Origin: Corallococcus sp. AS-1-12
Lineage (GTDB): Bacteria > Myxococcota > Myxococcia > Myxococcales > Myxococcaceae
Reading direction: 5' to 3'
Assembly (NCBI RefSeq): GCF_020036995.1
Contig: NZ_JAIQDD010000010.1
Span: 97,433 to 161,432 of the forward strand
DNA length: 64,000 nt
A program made the position numbers and the translations under genes. Position 1 is the stretch's first letter. Each line of letters begins with the position of its first letter. Positions 48,274-58,203 of the stretch are shown here, piece after piece. The notes beneath the pieces are model-generated. The model worked only from the letters and a program-made list of their open reading frames with translations. It had not been told where the DNA came from and did no database searches.

Positions 48274-49644
48274 ATGGACGCCGAGCACAGGGCCGAGGGA
48301 CAGGAAGGGATGCCGGGCACACCTGGAGAGAACGCGACGCCGTCCCAGCAGGAGGGCGCGGCCGACGCGTCCGCGCCGAAGCATGGCGAGGGCGCGAGTG
48401 GAGACGTGACGCCGGAAGGGGCCGCCCGGGCCGAAGCGGCTGGGGCCCAGACCGGCCTGCCGGCGGAAGGTGGGCAGGTGACCGGAGCCAGCGGTGAGGG
48501 CAACGCGGCCCCGCACGGCACCGACGCCAGCGCCTCCGCCCACGGCACCGACGCGAGCGAGGGCATCGCCTCCGCCCACGGAGCCGGCACGAGCGCGGCC
48601 GGTGGCGAGGGCAACGGATTGGATTCCAGCGAGGCACGCGACGCTGGCGCGGGGACGGATTCCAGCGCGGCCGGTGGTCAGGGTGCGCCGTCTTCGACCG
48701 GAGCGGACGCGGCGGGGCAGGGCGAGGGCACCCGTGCGGACGCGGAGGCCTCCGCGGGCCCCGGCCGCTACGTGGAGCTGTCCTCGGGCGAGAGCGTCCA
48801 GGACGCCTCCGGCACGGGCAGCGACGGTGGCGGCGAGGCGAAGGACGTGCTGGCGGAGCCGCGCTCCGGTCTGGTGTCGGGCGCGGACGACGCGCTCTTG
48901 GGCGCCGGCATCTGGGACGTGGCGAGCCGGGCGAGCCAGGAGGACGCGGGCTCCGGCGAGGGGACGGAACAGGGAGCCAACGACGGCGCGGCGACTTCGG
49001 AAGGGGAGCCCCACGCGCAGGCCATCGAGCCGCGCGTGATGGGACAGGTGACGGCGATGGTGCTGCCGCTGGAGCGACTGGAGGAGGACACGACCTTCCG
49101 CCTGCGGGACGAGGGCGACGTGTCCGAGCTGGCCACGGACCTGGCGCGTCTGGGCCAACTGTTCCCGGTGGACGTGCGCCCGCGGGGCGAGGACCGCTAC
49201 CAGCTCATCTGCGGCTTCCGGCGCGTGGCGGCGCTGCGCTTCCTCAAGCGCGACCAGGTCCAGGTGCGCGTGCACGAGGAGCTGTCCGACGAGGACGCGC
49301 TCCTGCTGTCCCTGGCGGAGGCCATCCACGCCTCGCCGGTGGAGCACGACGTGCTGGAGGCCAAGCGCGAGTCGCTGGAGGCCGAAGGCCGGCTGACGGC
49401 GCCGGTGCGCGACATGCTGGAGAAGGCGCTCGCCACCGAGGAGACGCTGGCTCCGGAGGGCGTCGAGGAGGAGATCGACGCGGACGAGCTGGCGGTGGAC
49501 GTCGCGCAGCGCATGGGCGCCCTCAACCAGGACCTGTCGCTGCTCGCGGACGTGTTCGCGGCGCTGGACGAATCGCGCAAGGCGGAGCTGCTGATGCAGT
49601 TGCGCTACTCGGCGCAGTTGGTGGCGTACCTGGAGGGTCTGTAG
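48274..49644 (+). CDS. padC: ParB/Srx-domain protein (PadC-like bactofilin adaptor)
   Basis: Acidic low-complexity N-terminus. C-terminal ParB-like domain ([16 protein letters not shown]). Confidence 0.75.
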   Translation: MDAEHRAEGQEGMPGTPGENATPSQQEGAADASAPKHGEGASGDVTPEGAARAEAAGAQTGLPAEGGQVTGASGEGNAAPHGTDASASAHGTDASEGIASAHGAGTSAAGGEGNGLDSSEARDAGAGTDSSAAGGQGAPSSTGADAAGQGEGTRADAEASAGPGRYVELSSGESVQDASGTGSDGGGEAKDVLAEPRSGLVSGADDALLGAGIWDVASRASQEDAGSGEGTEQGANDGAATSEGEPHAQAIEPRVMGQVTAMVLPLERLEEDTTFRLRDEGDVSELATDLARLGQLFPVDVRPRGEDRYQLICGFRRVAALRFLKRDQVQVRVHEELSDEDALLLSLAEAIHASPVEHDVLEAKRESLEAEGRLTAPVRDMLEKALATEETLAPEGVEEEIDADELAVDVAQRMGALNQDLSLLADVFAALDESRKAELLMQLRYSAQLVAYLEGL

Positions 49645-49647
49645 GCC

Positions 49648-50223
49648 ATGGCGGAAACGCTCGAACGTGACCGCGCCCGGCTGCTGGAGGTGCTCACCCA
49701 GCGCTCCTTCGAGCGCCGGCGCGTGGTGCTCTCCTCCGGCAAGGAGTCGGACTTCTACATCGACTGCAAGCGCACGGCGCTGCTCGCCGAGGGCCACTAC
49801 CTCATCGGCCGGCTGCTGCTGGAGGCCATCCGGCGCGACGCTCCGTCGGCGGTGGCCGCGGGTGGGCTGACGCTGGGCGCGGATCCGCTCGCGTCGGCGG
49901 TGAGCCTCACCAGCTTCCTGGAGGGCGGCGGCCAGAAGCCCCTGCACGCGTTCATCGTGCGCAAGGAGCCCAAGGGCCACGGCACCGGCCAGTGGATTGA
50001 AGGCCTGTCCGCGCTGGGCCCTGGCGCCCCGGTGGCCATCGTGGAGGACGTCGTCACGACGGGCGCGTCCACGCTCAAGGCCATCGAGCGCGCGAAGCTG
50101 GAGGGCCTGACGGTGCTGGGCGCCTTCGCGCTGGTGGACCGGCTGGAGGGCGGACGCGAGGCCGTGGAGTCCGCCGGCCACCGGCTCACCACGCTGTTCA
50201 CGCGCAAGGACTTCATCCCGTGA
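49648..50223 (+). CDS. pyrE: orotate phosphoribosyltransferase
   Basis: PRPP-binding motif (VAIVEDVVTTGAS). Type I PRTase length. Confidence 0.9.
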   Translation: MAETLERDRARLLEVLTQRSFERRRVVLSSGKESDFYIDCKRTALLAEGHYLIGRLLLEAIRRDAPSAVAAGGLTLGADPLASAVSLTSFLEGGGQKPLHAFIVRKEPKGHGTGQWIEGLSALGPGAPVAIVEDVVTTGASTLKAIERAKLEGLTVLGAFALVDRLEGGREAVESAGHRLTTLFTRKDFIP

Positions 50224-50849
50224 GAAGGCTGCTGGTGGCCGCGGTGCTGCTGGGCGCGCTGGGCGGCTGCTCCACCGCGCCCCCCGTCGTCGGTGAGCCC
50301 GCGCCCACGCTGGATGATCCGAAGCAGGAGTCGGCCTACCTCGCGGTGCTGGACAGGTACTCGGACCGCAAGGAGATCTACGACGGCTTTGACACGCGCG
50401 TCTTCGCGGGGACCACGTTCCAGACCCCCGCCTTCCGCGAGGCCCGCGTCCACCGCCGCGCCATCTTCCAGACGCTGCCCGCCGCGAAGGTGGAGCAGCT
50501 CCTGGAGGAAGAACAGGCCGACGCGGCGAAGTTCCACGAGTTCTTCCTGGCGGTGCACGTCAACGACTACCGCTACGACGACTTCGCCCACCGCAACAGC
50601 ATCTGGCGGATCGCGCTGGTGACGCCCGCGGGCGAAATCACGCCCATGGAGATCCGCCGCCTGGGCCGGGCGGACCTCAACGTGCGCGCCTACTACCCCT
50701 ACGCCAGCCTCTTCTGGGTGGGCTACCGCGTGCGCTTCCCGAAGACCTTCGCCAACGGCCAGCCCGTCATCCCCGAGGGCACGGAGCAGGTGATGCTCCG
50801 CGTCGCCTCGTCGCTGGGCAACGCGGCGCTGAAGGTCCACGCGCGCTGA
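50220..50849 (+). CDS. lipoprotein (hypothetical)
   Basis: GTGA overlap with pyrE. Lipobox (LGALGGCS). Confidence 0.6.
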   Translation: MRRLLVAAVLLGALGGCSTAPPVVGEPAPTLDDPKQESAYLAVLDRYSDRKEIYDGFDTRVFAGTTFQTPAFREARVHRRAIFQTLPAAKVEQLLEEEQADAAKFHEFFLAVHVNDYRYDDFAHRNSIWRIALVTPAGEITPMEIRRLGRADLNVRAYYPYASLFWVGYRVRFPKTFANGQPVIPEGTEQVMLRVASSLGNAALKVHAR

Positions 50850-50874
50850 GCCCGAGGAGCCCGGCCGCGGGCCC

Positions 50875-51477
50875 TCAGGTCTGCTGGCCGTCCTTCAGCC
50901 ACTTCGACGTGAGCGGCATGGTCGGCCCCGCGAGCAGGCGGTCCAGGAGCGCGTCCGGCGAGGCGTTCACCGCGAAAGGGGTGCCCTGCGTCTCCGGGAC
51001 GAAGCCCGCCTCCACCATCTGCTTCGCCATCGCGAGCAGCGGCTGGAAGAAGCCGTCCACGTCCAACAGGCCCATGGGCTTGCGGTGCAGGCCCAACTGC
51101 GCCCAGGTGATGATCTCGAAGAGCTCATCCAGCGTGCCGAAGCCGCCGGGCAGGGCGACGAAGGCGTCCGAGCGCTCGGCCATCAGCGCCTTGCGCGCGT
51201 GCATGGAGTCCACCCGGTGCAGCTCCGTCAGCCGCGGGTGGGCCAGCTCCTTCGCGTCCATGAAGTGGGGCAGCACGCCCACGGCCTTGCCGCCGTTGGC
51301 GATGACCGCGTCCGCCACCGCGCCCATCAACCCCACGCTGGCGCCGCCGTAGACGAGCGTCAGGCCCCGCTTCGCCAGCGCGGCGCCCATCCTGGACGCG
51401 GCCTCGCGGTACTCGGCGCGCACGCCGGAGCGCGAGCCACAGAAGACGCAGACGCTGCGCACGGGGGTCTCAGCCAT
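50875..51477 (-). CDS. LOG-family phosphoribohydrolase (cytokinin riboside 5'-monophosphate phosphoribohydrolase-like)
   Basis: LOG motifs (VCVFCGS; LVYGGASVGLMG; PGGFGTLDELFE). Start at ATG 51477. The longer ORF is a high-GC read-through. Confidence 0.85.
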   Translation of the reverse strand: MAETPVRSVCVFCGSRSGVRAEYREAASRMGAALAKRGLTLVYGGASVGLMGAVADAVIANGGKAVGVLPHFMDAKELAHPRLTELHRVDSMHARKALMAERSDAFVALPGGFGTLDELFEIITWAQLGLHRKPMGLLDVDGFFQPLLAMAKQMVEAGFVPETQGTPFAVNASPDALLDRLLAGPTMPLTSKWLKDGQQT

Positions 51478-51479
51478 CG

Positions 51480-52244
51480 TCAAAGGCCTCCAAGGCGCCC
51501 GGGATGGGCGGCGACCACGGCCAGCGCCGCGGCGATGAACAGCAGGACGGGGATGGCGCGAGCGAAGAACTTCGGGCCCTGGCGCAGCGCCATGCCGCAC
51601 GGCAGGCCGAAGACGAAGCCGCCCAGGTGCCCCGCCCAGCTCACGCCGGGCAGCAGGCTGATGACCGCCACCTGCAACAGCCAGAACATGTGCTCCTTGC
51701 GGCCCTGCTGGGTGAGGATGGGCAGCATCGCGCCGCCCCAGCCGAGGATCATCCCGGACGCGCCCACCGTCACGGTGTCGAAGTTGAAGAAGAGCGCGAA
51801 CGCGGAGCCGCCCAGCGCCGTGACGAGCGACAGCCCCAGGAACCTCAGGCTCCCGATGCCGCGCTCCAGCGACGCGCCCAGCGAATACACCGCGAGCATG
51901 TTGAAGAGCAGGTGCATGGGGCCGCCGTGCTCGAACACCGTGCCCAGCAGGCGCCAGTACTCGCCCGCCTGGACCCACGGCCCGTAGAGCGCCAGCGGCC
52001 CCACGATGCCGTAGTTCGTCCCGCCGATGACCAGCGGGCGGCCCAGGGACTGGCTGACGAAGAACATCCCCACCGCGCCCGCGATGATGGCGTAGCAGAC
52101 GTAGGGCGTGGGCAGCACGCGCCGCGGCTGCGGCGGACCCGGCGGCGGACCGTTGCCGTCACCGGGGCGCGGCGCGCCGTCCTGCGTGTCTCCCAGCCCG
52201 GAGGGGCCGGGGAGGTCATCCAGCATGTTGCGGGGACGGGACAT
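51480..52244 (-). CDS. rhomboid-family intramembrane serine protease
   Basis: GASG catalytic Ser motif (GASGMILGW) and AGHLGG His motif. Confidence 0.85.
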   Translation of the reverse strand: MSRPRNMLDDLPGPSGLGDTQDGAPRPGDGNGPPPGPPQPRRVLPTPYVCYAIIAGAVGMFFVSQSLGRPLVIGGTNYGIVGPLALYGPWVQAGEYWRLLGTVFEHGGPMHLLFNMLAVYSLGASLERGIGSLRFLGLSLVTALGGSAFALFFNFDTVTVGASGMILGWGGAMLPILTQQGRKEHMFWLLQVAVISLLPGVSWAGHLGGFVFGLPCGMALRQGPKFFARAIPVLLFIAAALAVVAAHPGRLGGL

Positions 52245-52250
52245 GGGTGC

Positions 52251-53837
52251 TCACAGCTCCCGGGAGAGGACGGTGTCGCGCGTGCCCTGGTGCTCGTCCG
52301 TGTGGGGGTAGTCCAGGGTGTAGTGCAGGCCCCGGCTCTCCTTGCGGCGGCTGGCGCAGTCCACGATGAGGTGCGCCACCTCCGCGATGTTGCGCAGCTC
52401 GATGACGTCGCGGGTGACCTTGAAGCGCCAGTAGTAGTCGCGGATCTCCTCGCGCAGGAGCTCCAGCCGGCGCCTGGCGCGCATCAGCCGCTTGTCCGTG
52501 CGGACGATGCCCACGTAGTTCCACATCAGCCGGCGGATCTCATCCCAGTTGTGGGTGACGACCACGCTCTCGTCGGAGTCCACCGCGCTGCCGGAGTCCC
52601 AGGCCGGCGGGTCCTCCTTCGGCAGCGTCAGCGACGCCAGCTCCTCGGACGCCACCTGCACCGCGCGGTGGCCGAAGACGAGGCCCTCCAGCAGCGAGTT
52701 GGACGCGAGCCGGTTGGCGCCGTGCAGGCCCGTGCAGGACACCTCTCCAATGGCGTAGAGGCCCGGGATGTTGGTGCGCCCGTGCAGGTCCGTCACCACG
52801 CCGCCGCACTGGTAGTGGGCCGCGGGCACCACGGGGATGGGCTGCACGGCCATGTCGATGTTGAAGGCCTTGCAGGTGGCGTAGATGTTCGGGAAGCGCT
52901 CGGTGAGGTACGCGCGGCCCAGGTGCGTCATGTCCAGGTAGACGCAGTCGTTGCCCGTGCGCTTGAGCTCCGCGTCGATGGCGCGCGCCACCACGTCGCG
53001 CGGGGCCAGGTCCTTCATGGGGTGGTAGCGGTCCATGAACGTCTGGCCGCCCTTGAGCCGCAGCTTGCCGCCCTCGCCGCGCAGCGCCTCGCTGATGAGG
53101 AAGCTCTTGGCCTCCGGGTGGAAGAGGCACGTGGGGTGGAACTGGTAGAACTCCATGTTCGCCACGCGCGCGCCCGCGCGGTACGCCATGGCCACGCCGT
53201 CGCCCGTCGCGACGTCCGGGTTGGACGTGTAGAGGTACACCTTGCCCGCGCCGCCCGTGGCCAGCACCGTCACCTTGGAGAGGAAGCGCTCGATGGAGCC
53301 GTCCTCCATCAGCGCGTACGCGCCCAGGCACCGGCTGCCGGCCGGCATGTGCGGACGCCGGTCCAGGATGAGGTCGATGGCGGCCGTGTTCTGGAAGAAG
53401 GTGATGTGGGGCTGCTCGTCGCACGCGGCCAGCAGCGCGCGCTGCACCTCGCGGCCGGTGATGTCGCCCGCGTGGATGATCCGGCGGGCGGAGTGGCCCC
53501 CCTCGCGCGTGAGGTCGAACTCGCCGCCGCGCTGATCGAACGCCGCGCCCAGCGCCACCAGTTCCTTGAGGCGCGCGGGGCCCTCCCGCACCGTCACCTC
53601 CACCGCGTCGCGGTGGCACAGGCCCGCGCCCGCGACGAGCGTGTCGTCGATGTGCGCGTCGAAGGTGTCCGTGGGGGACAGCACACCGGCGATGCCCCCC
53701 TGGGCGTAGGCGGTGTTGCCTTCACCGCGCTCGCGCTTGGTGAGCACGGCGACCGTGCCGTGCCGGGCCGCCTGCAGGGCGAACGACAGTCCGGCCACGC
53801 CGCCGCCCATGACCAGGAAATCAAACCGATGGGGCAT
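52251..53837 (-). CDS. nadB: L-aspartate oxidase
   Basis: FAD-binding N-terminus (FDFLVMGGGVAGLSFAL) plus a fumarate reductase/succinate dehydrogenase-type flavoprotein. Start at ATG 53837. Confidence 0.9.
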   Translation of the reverse strand: MPHRFDFLVMGGGVAGLSFALQAARHGTVAVLTKRERGEGNTAYAQGGIAGVLSPTDTFDAHIDDTLVAGAGLCHRDAVEVTVREGPARLKELVALGAAFDQRGGEFDLTREGGHSARRIIHAGDITGREVQRALLAACDEQPHITFFQNTAAIDLILDRRPHMPAGSRCLGAYALMEDGSIERFLSKVTVLATGGAGKVYLYTSNPDVATGDGVAMAYRAGARVANMEFYQFHPTCLFHPEAKSFLISEALRGEGGKLRLKGGQTFMDRYHPMKDLAPRDVVARAIDAELKRTGNDCVYLDMTHLGRAYLTERFPNIYATCKAFNIDMAVQPIPVVPAAHYQCGGVVTDLHGRTNIPGLYAIGEVSCTGLHGANRLASNSLLEGLVFGHRAVQVASEELASLTLPKEDPPAWDSGSAVDSDESVVVTHNWDEIRRLMWNYVGIVRTDKRLMRARRRLELLREEIRDYYWRFKVTRDVIELRNIAEVAHLIVDCASRRKESRGLHYTLDYPHTDEHQGTRDTVLSREL

Positions 53838-53925
53838 GGCCAACAGGCTTAATGGCGGTAAGTGCTGGAAACAAGGCGTTTTCTTGAGGACTTTCCGGGC
53901 GTTGTCTAAGGTTTCGCCCGCCGCC

Positions 53926-54615
53926 ATGCGTGTCCTGCCCGCCCTCGTCGTCCTGCTGACCTGTGCCCTCCCGGCCGCCGCCGCGGACGGCATCTACAGC
54001 TACGTGGAGAAGGACGGCACCATCGTCTACACGAACGTGCCGCCTGGAGGCGCGCGCAAGGCCCGCAAGCTGTCCGGGACCTTCACGCCCGCGCCGGCCA
54101 AGTCCGCGCCCGTGCGGGGCCGCTCGCGGACGCCCGCGGAGCTGGATCCGCACATCACCAACGCGGCGCTGCGCTACCGCATCCCGCCCGCGCTGGTGCG
54201 CGCCATCATGCACACGGAGAGCAACTTCAACCCGAACGCGCTCAGCCACAAGGGCGCCAGCGGGCTGATGCAGCTCATGCCGGGCACCGCGTCGGAGATG
54301 TACGTGAAGGACATCTTCGACTCGAAGGACAACATCGAGGGCGGCGTGCGCTACCTGCGCGTGCTGGCCAACATGTTCGACGGCGACATGGTGAAGATGG
54401 TCGCCGCGTACAACGCTGGCCCGGACGCGGTGAAGAAGTACGGAGGCCAGGTGCCGCCGTACGCCGAGACGCAGGAATACGTGCGCAAGGTCCTCCAGCT
54501 CTACCAACACTACAAGGAGCGCGAGCGGCTCGCCCAGGCCGAGGCCAGCAGCCGTGAGCCCACACCCGAGAATGACGACGCGCACGAAGGGGACGAAGCC
54601 GCCGGGCCCCGCTGA
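53926..54615 (+). CDS. lytic transglycosylase (SLT domain) with N-terminal DUF4124-like region
   Basis: Signal peptide. SLT catalytic motif (IMHTESNFNPNALSHKGASGLMQLMP). Confidence 0.85.
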   Translation: MRVLPALVVLLTCALPAAAADGIYSYVEKDGTIVYTNVPPGGARKARKLSGTFTPAPAKSAPVRGRSRTPAELDPHITNAALRYRIPPALVRAIMHTESNFNPNALSHKGASGLMQLMPGTASEMYVKDIFDSKDNIEGGVRYLRVLANMFDGDMVKMVAAYNAGPDAVKKYGGQVPPYAETQEYVRKVLQLYQHYKERERLAQAEASSREPTPENDDAHEGDEAAGPR

Positions 54616-56314
54616 CGAGGAGTTCCTGCAGCAGCTCCAACGCGGGAGCGAGCTGCTGGGCGCCGGCAAGGTCACCGAAGCGAAGGACTTCCTGGAGCGT
54701 GCGCACCAGCTCCAGCCGCGCCACGAGAAGGCCCAGAACCTCCTGGGCCTGACGTATTTCAAGCTGGGCCTCTTCGACCGCGCCGCCGACCTGTACGAGA
54801 TGCTCGTGCGGGACAACCCGGTGGACCCCACGCTGCGGGTCAACCTGGGGCTCGTCTACCTGAAGACGAACGCGCTCCAGCGCGCGGCGCGCGAGTTCGA
54901 GACCGCCACCGACCTGGCGCCGGACCACAAGAAGGCCCACAACTACCTGGGCCTGACCTTCGCCCAGATGGGCGAGTACGGCCGCGCGCGCGAGCACTTC
55001 CTCCTGTCCGGCAGCGACGCCATGGCGGAGAAGATGTCGCGCGCCATCGCGGGCGAGGTCTACAGCCGTCCGCCCGCGGCCCCCGCGCCGGCCCGCCCGC
55101 GCGAGGAGGAGGACGAGACCGCCGTCGTCGTCGCGCCGCCCGCGCCCACGCCGGCTTCCGGTGAGAGCGACTGGGGGGCCCAGTTCGGTCTGGATGAGAC
55201 GCCCCGCGCTCCTCGCGCCGCCGCGCCGCCCCAGGCCGCCGCGAAGGCACCGGAGGACGACCTGCTCTTCGCGGAGGACGAAGGCCCGCCGGCCCCCACG
55301 GATGACCACGCGTTCAGCTTGCCCGCCGCGACGCAGGTCCAGGAGGACGAGGACCCCAGCCTCGCCGCTGGCGCGAGCACCTTCGAGGAGGACGCGGAGC
55401 TCGCCGCCACCACGGACGCGGACACCTCCGGGGCCGACGTCGAGGTCGCCGACGAGCTGCCCCCCACGCCGGTGTCGGAGGAGATTGAAGTCTCCGAGGA
55501 GCCGCCCGTCCTCGCGTCCGACCTGGAGTCGGGCCCCGGCGACGCCTTCGCGGAGACCTTCGCCACGCTGGCCACGAGCGAGCCGCCCCCCACGACCCGG
55601 CCCGCCGGGTCGATTCAGGAGCCCCGGTCCTCCGAGCGGCCTCCCGCGCCTGACGCCGGCACGGGCGCGAACCCGCCCGTGCTCACCGCGTGGGTGCCCT
55701 CGGTGGCGCTGCCGGGCGCGGCGCCGGGCCAGCCCTTCACCCAGGGCGCGTCCGCCATGGCGCTCTCGGTGGAGGGCGAGCTGCTCACGCGCCTGGAGGG
55801 GCTGATCGCCGTGCGCGGCCAGGTCACCTTCGAGCCGGAGATGAAGCGCTTCCGGGGCCGGGCCACGGACAAGCCCTTTGGCGAGGGCGACCAGGCCATG
55901 GTGCGCGCCCGGGGGCAGGGGACGCTGCACCTGGAGCCCGTGTCCGGGCGCCAGTGGGTGGCGGTCTCCCTGGACGACGAGTCCGTCTACCTGCGCGACG
56001 CGTGCGTCTTCGCCTTCGAGGAGCCCGTCGTCTTCGAGAACGGCCGCGTGCCGTCGGACCTGGCACAGGACCTGGACCTGGTGCACCTGCGCGGGCAGGG
56101 GCGGGTGCTGCTCAGCCTGACGGGCCCGCTGCGCTCGGTGCCGGTGGCCATGGACCAGCCGGTGACGGTGCCCCTCACGCACCTGGTGGGCTGGGTGGGC
56201 AACCTCACGCCCCGCGTGGTGCCGCTCGTGACGACCGCTGGCGGGGAGACACTGAAGGCGGCGGTGGAGCTGGGCGGTGAAGGATTTGCCCTCATCGCAC
56301 TCGGGGTCCGGTAG
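54554..56314 (+). CDS. TPR-repeat protein with acidic/Pro-rich linker and uncharacterised C-terminal beta-rich domain
   Basis: N-terminal TPRs (AQNLLGLTYFKLGLFDRAADLYEMLVRDNP...). A C-terminal ~200-aa domain of unknown family. Confidence 0.7.
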   Translation: MSPHPRMTTRTKGTKPPGPADEEFLQQLQRGSELLGAGKVTEAKDFLERAHQLQPRHEKAQNLLGLTYFKLGLFDRAADLYEMLVRDNPVDPTLRVNLGLVYLKTNALQRAAREFETATDLAPDHKKAHNYLGLTFAQMGEYGRAREHFLLSGSDAMAEKMSRAIAGEVYSRPPAAPAPARPREEEDETAVVVAPPAPTPASGESDWGAQFGLDETPRAPRAAAPPQAAAKAPEDDLLFAEDEGPPAPTDDHAFSLPAATQVQEDEDPSLAAGASTFEEDAELAATTDADTSGADVEVADELPPTPVSEEIEVSEEPPVLASDLESGPGDAFAETFATLATSEPPPTTRPAGSIQEPRSSERPPAPDAGTGANPPVLTAWVPSVALPGAAPGQPFTQGASAMALSVEGELLTRLEGLIAVRGQVTFEPEMKRFRGRATDKPFGEGDQAMVRARGQGTLHLEPVSGRQWVAVSLDDESVYLRDACVFAFEEPVVFENGRVPSDLAQDLDLVHLRGQGRVLLSLTGPLRSVPVAMDQPVTVPLTHLVGWVGNLTPRVVPLVTTAGGETLKAAVELGGEGFALIALGVR

Positions 56315-56325
56315 AACGCGCGCCC

Positions 56326-57015
56326 ATGGCCACCGAGCGAGCCCTCAGGAAGCAGCGCAAGCGCGAGGAGCGGGCCCGCCGCCGCGCGTCCCGCCGTCCC
56401 AGCATCCTGGTGCAGGAGTTCTGGAACCTGCCCAACATGCTGACGCTGGGGCGCATCCTCCTCATCCCGGTGTTCGTCTGGCTCACCTACGACGCGGACC
56501 CCCTGCACTCGCTGCTGGCCGCGCTGGTGTTCGCCGTGGCCGCCATCACCGACGTCATCGACGGCTACCTGGCCCGCCGCTGGAACCTCATCACCGTGGT
56601 GGGCAAGTTCATGGATCCGCTGGCGGACAAGCTCATCGCCATGGCCGCCCTGGTGATGATGGTGCGCCTGGGCCGCATCGCCGCCTGGGTCGTCATCGTG
56701 CTGCTGGCCCGCGAGTTCATCGTCACCGGCCTGCGCACCATCGCCGCCAGCGAGGGCATGGTCATCGCCGCGGGGCAGGAGGGGAAGTGGAAGACGTCCC
56801 TCCAACTGGTGGGGATCATCTCCCTGTGCGTCCACTACGTGCACCCGCTGGACATGGGCTTCCGCGTCGTCACCGTGGACTACAACCAGGTGGGCAAGGT
56901 GCTGGTCTACCTGTCCGGCGCGTTCTCCGTGTGGAGCGCCGTCGTCTACTTCCGGGCGTTCCTCGGCATGCTCGCCCGGCGAGGCGGGGCGGATCCGGAT
57001 GCGAAAAGTGTTTGA
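56326..57015 (+). CDS. pgsA: CDP-diacylglycerol--glycerol-3-phosphate 3-phosphatidyltransferase
   Basis: CDP-alcohol phosphatidyltransferase motif (DVIDGYLARRWNLITVVGKFMDPLADK). Confidence 0.85.
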   Translation: MATERALRKQRKREERARRRASRRPSILVQEFWNLPNMLTLGRILLIPVFVWLTYDADPLHSLLAALVFAVAAITDVIDGYLARRWNLITVVGKFMDPLADKLIAMAALVMMVRLGRIAAWVVIVLLAREFIVTGLRTIAASEGMVIAAGQEGKWKTSLQLVGIISLCVHYVHPLDMGFRVVTVDYNQVGKVLVYLSGAFSVWSAVVYFRAFLGMLARRGGADPDAKSV

Positions 57016-57040
57016 CGTGCCTGGGAGGCCTCTGTATATC
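57012..57040 (+). promoter_or_regulatory. sigma-70-like promoter candidate for the tRNA-Gly pair
   Basis: TTGACG, a 17-nt spacer, then TATATC. The -35 element overlaps the pgsA stop. It lies ~45 nt upstream of the first tRNA. Confidence 0.4.
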
Positions 57041-57089
57041 CCGCCCCACTTCCGGGGCGGCACTGACCGGGCAGCACGCGGTACCTGAT

Positions 57090-57164
57090 GCGGGAATAGC
57101 TCAGCGGTAGAGCATCGCCTTGCCAAGGCGAGGGTCGAGGGTTCAAATCCCTTTTCCCGCTCCA
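57090..57164 (+). tRNA. tRNA-Gly (GCC), CCA-encoded
   Basis: Cloverleaf read directly: acceptor GCGGGAA/TTCCCGC, anticodon loop TTGCCAA, T-loop TTCAAAT. Confidence 0.9.
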
Positions 57165-57194
57165 ATCGAAGCACGCAGCACCGCAGTACCTGAT

Positions 57195-57269
57195 GCGGGA
57201 ATAGCTCAGCGGTAGAGCATCGCCTTGCCAAGGCGAGGGTCGAGGGTTCAAATCCCTTTTCCCGCTCCA
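57195..57269 (+). tRNA. tRNA-Gly (GCC), identical tandem copy
   Basis: Identical 75-nt sequence ~30 nt downstream of the first copy. The leader is also duplicated. Confidence 0.9.
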
Positions 57270-57275
57270 ATCGAA

Positions 57276-57309
57276 GGCCCTCTGGGAAACCAGGGGGCCT
57301 TTTTCTTTT
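57276..57309 (+). terminator. rho-independent terminator after the tRNA pair
   Basis: GGCCCTCTGG-gaaa-CCAGGGGGCC hairpin followed by TTTTTCTTTT. Confidence 0.6.
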
Positions 57310-57423
57310 CCCAGCCGGCCTCCTGGCGGCGCGCGAGGCCTGCCGGCCAGACGGGCTTTCGCGTGGATGGCTGGAGTCCCATGCCTGACACCTTCCGGGG
57401 GCATGAGGTATGGATGGCGCCGC

Positions 57424-58203
57424 ATGCTTCGCAACCTCCGTGAGCTCTACCAGTACCGGGGCCTCCTGCTCAGCCTGACCCAGCGGGAACTGAAGGCCCG
57501 GTACCGGAACTCGGTGCTCGGCTTCTTCTGGACGTTCCTCAACCCGATGCTGCAGATGGGCGTCTACTCGCTGCTCTTCACCGTCTACATGCGGCAGAAG
57601 ATCCCCGGGTACACGTTCTTCGTCTTCGTGGGGCTGCTGCCGTGGATCTGGTTCTCCACGTCCCTGGGGACGGGGGCCAGCGCCATCAGCGACCGGCGCG
57701 ACCTGCTCACCAAGGTGCGCTTCCCCGCGCAGGTGCTCCCGGCCACGGTGGTGGTGACCAACCTGTGCAACTACGTGCTGTCCCTGCCGCTGATGGTGGC
57801 GCTGGGGCTCTTGCTGGGCTACGTGCCCAGTTGGCACGTGGTGGCGTTCCCGGTGGTGCTGCTCACCCAGCTCTGCATGACGGTGGCGCTGGTCTACATC
57901 GTGTCCGCGCTCAACGTGACGTTCCGGGACCTGCAGCAGATCATCGCCAACCTGCTGACGATGTGGTTCTTCGTCACGCCGGTGTTCTACCGGGTGGACT
58001 CGCTGCCGGAGGCGGTGCGGGCGCCCGTGGTGCTGCTCAACCCCATGGCGGTGATGGTGACGTCCTACCAGGCCATCTTCTACGAACATCAACTGCCGCA
58101 GCCCGGCCCGCTCCTGATGTGGATGGGCATCTCCCTGGCGCTGCTGTGGATCGCGGCGGGCATCTTCGAGCGCCGCCGCGAGGACTTCGCGGAGTTCATA
58201 TGA
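57424..58203 (+). CDS. wzm: ABC-2 type polysaccharide/O-antigen export permease
   Basis: ABC-2 signature N-terminus (LRELYQYRGLLLSLTQRELKARYRNSVLGFFWTFLNP) with 6 TM segments. Alternative starts at 57403 or 57367. Confidence 0.8.
   Translation: MLRNLRELYQYRGLLLSLTQRELKARYRNSVLGFFWTFLNPMLQMGVYSLLFTVYMRQKIPGYTFFVFVGLLPWIWFSTSLGTGASAISDRRDLLTKVRFPAQVLPATVVVTNLCNYVLSLPLMVALGLLLGYVPSWHVVAFPVVLLTQLCMTVALVYIVSALNVTFRDLQQIIANLLTMWFFVTPVFYRVDSLPEAVRAPVVLLNPMAVMVTSYQAIFYEHQLPQPGPLLMWMGISLALLWIAAGIFERRREDFAEFI

Noticed and set aside
50875-51978. 367-aa extent of the LOG-family ORF
   Set aside because: The N-terminal 167 codons overlap the rhomboid gene and are low complexity. A conserved LOG domain of 200 aa starts at ATG 51477.
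52251-53993. 580-aa extent of the nadB ORF
   Set aside because: The FAD-binding GxGxxG motif begins right after Met 53837. The upstream 52 codons are not conserved-looking.
56946-57434. 162-aa ORF on - strand
   Set aside because: It overlaps both tRNA-Gly genes and their terminator. It cannot be coding.
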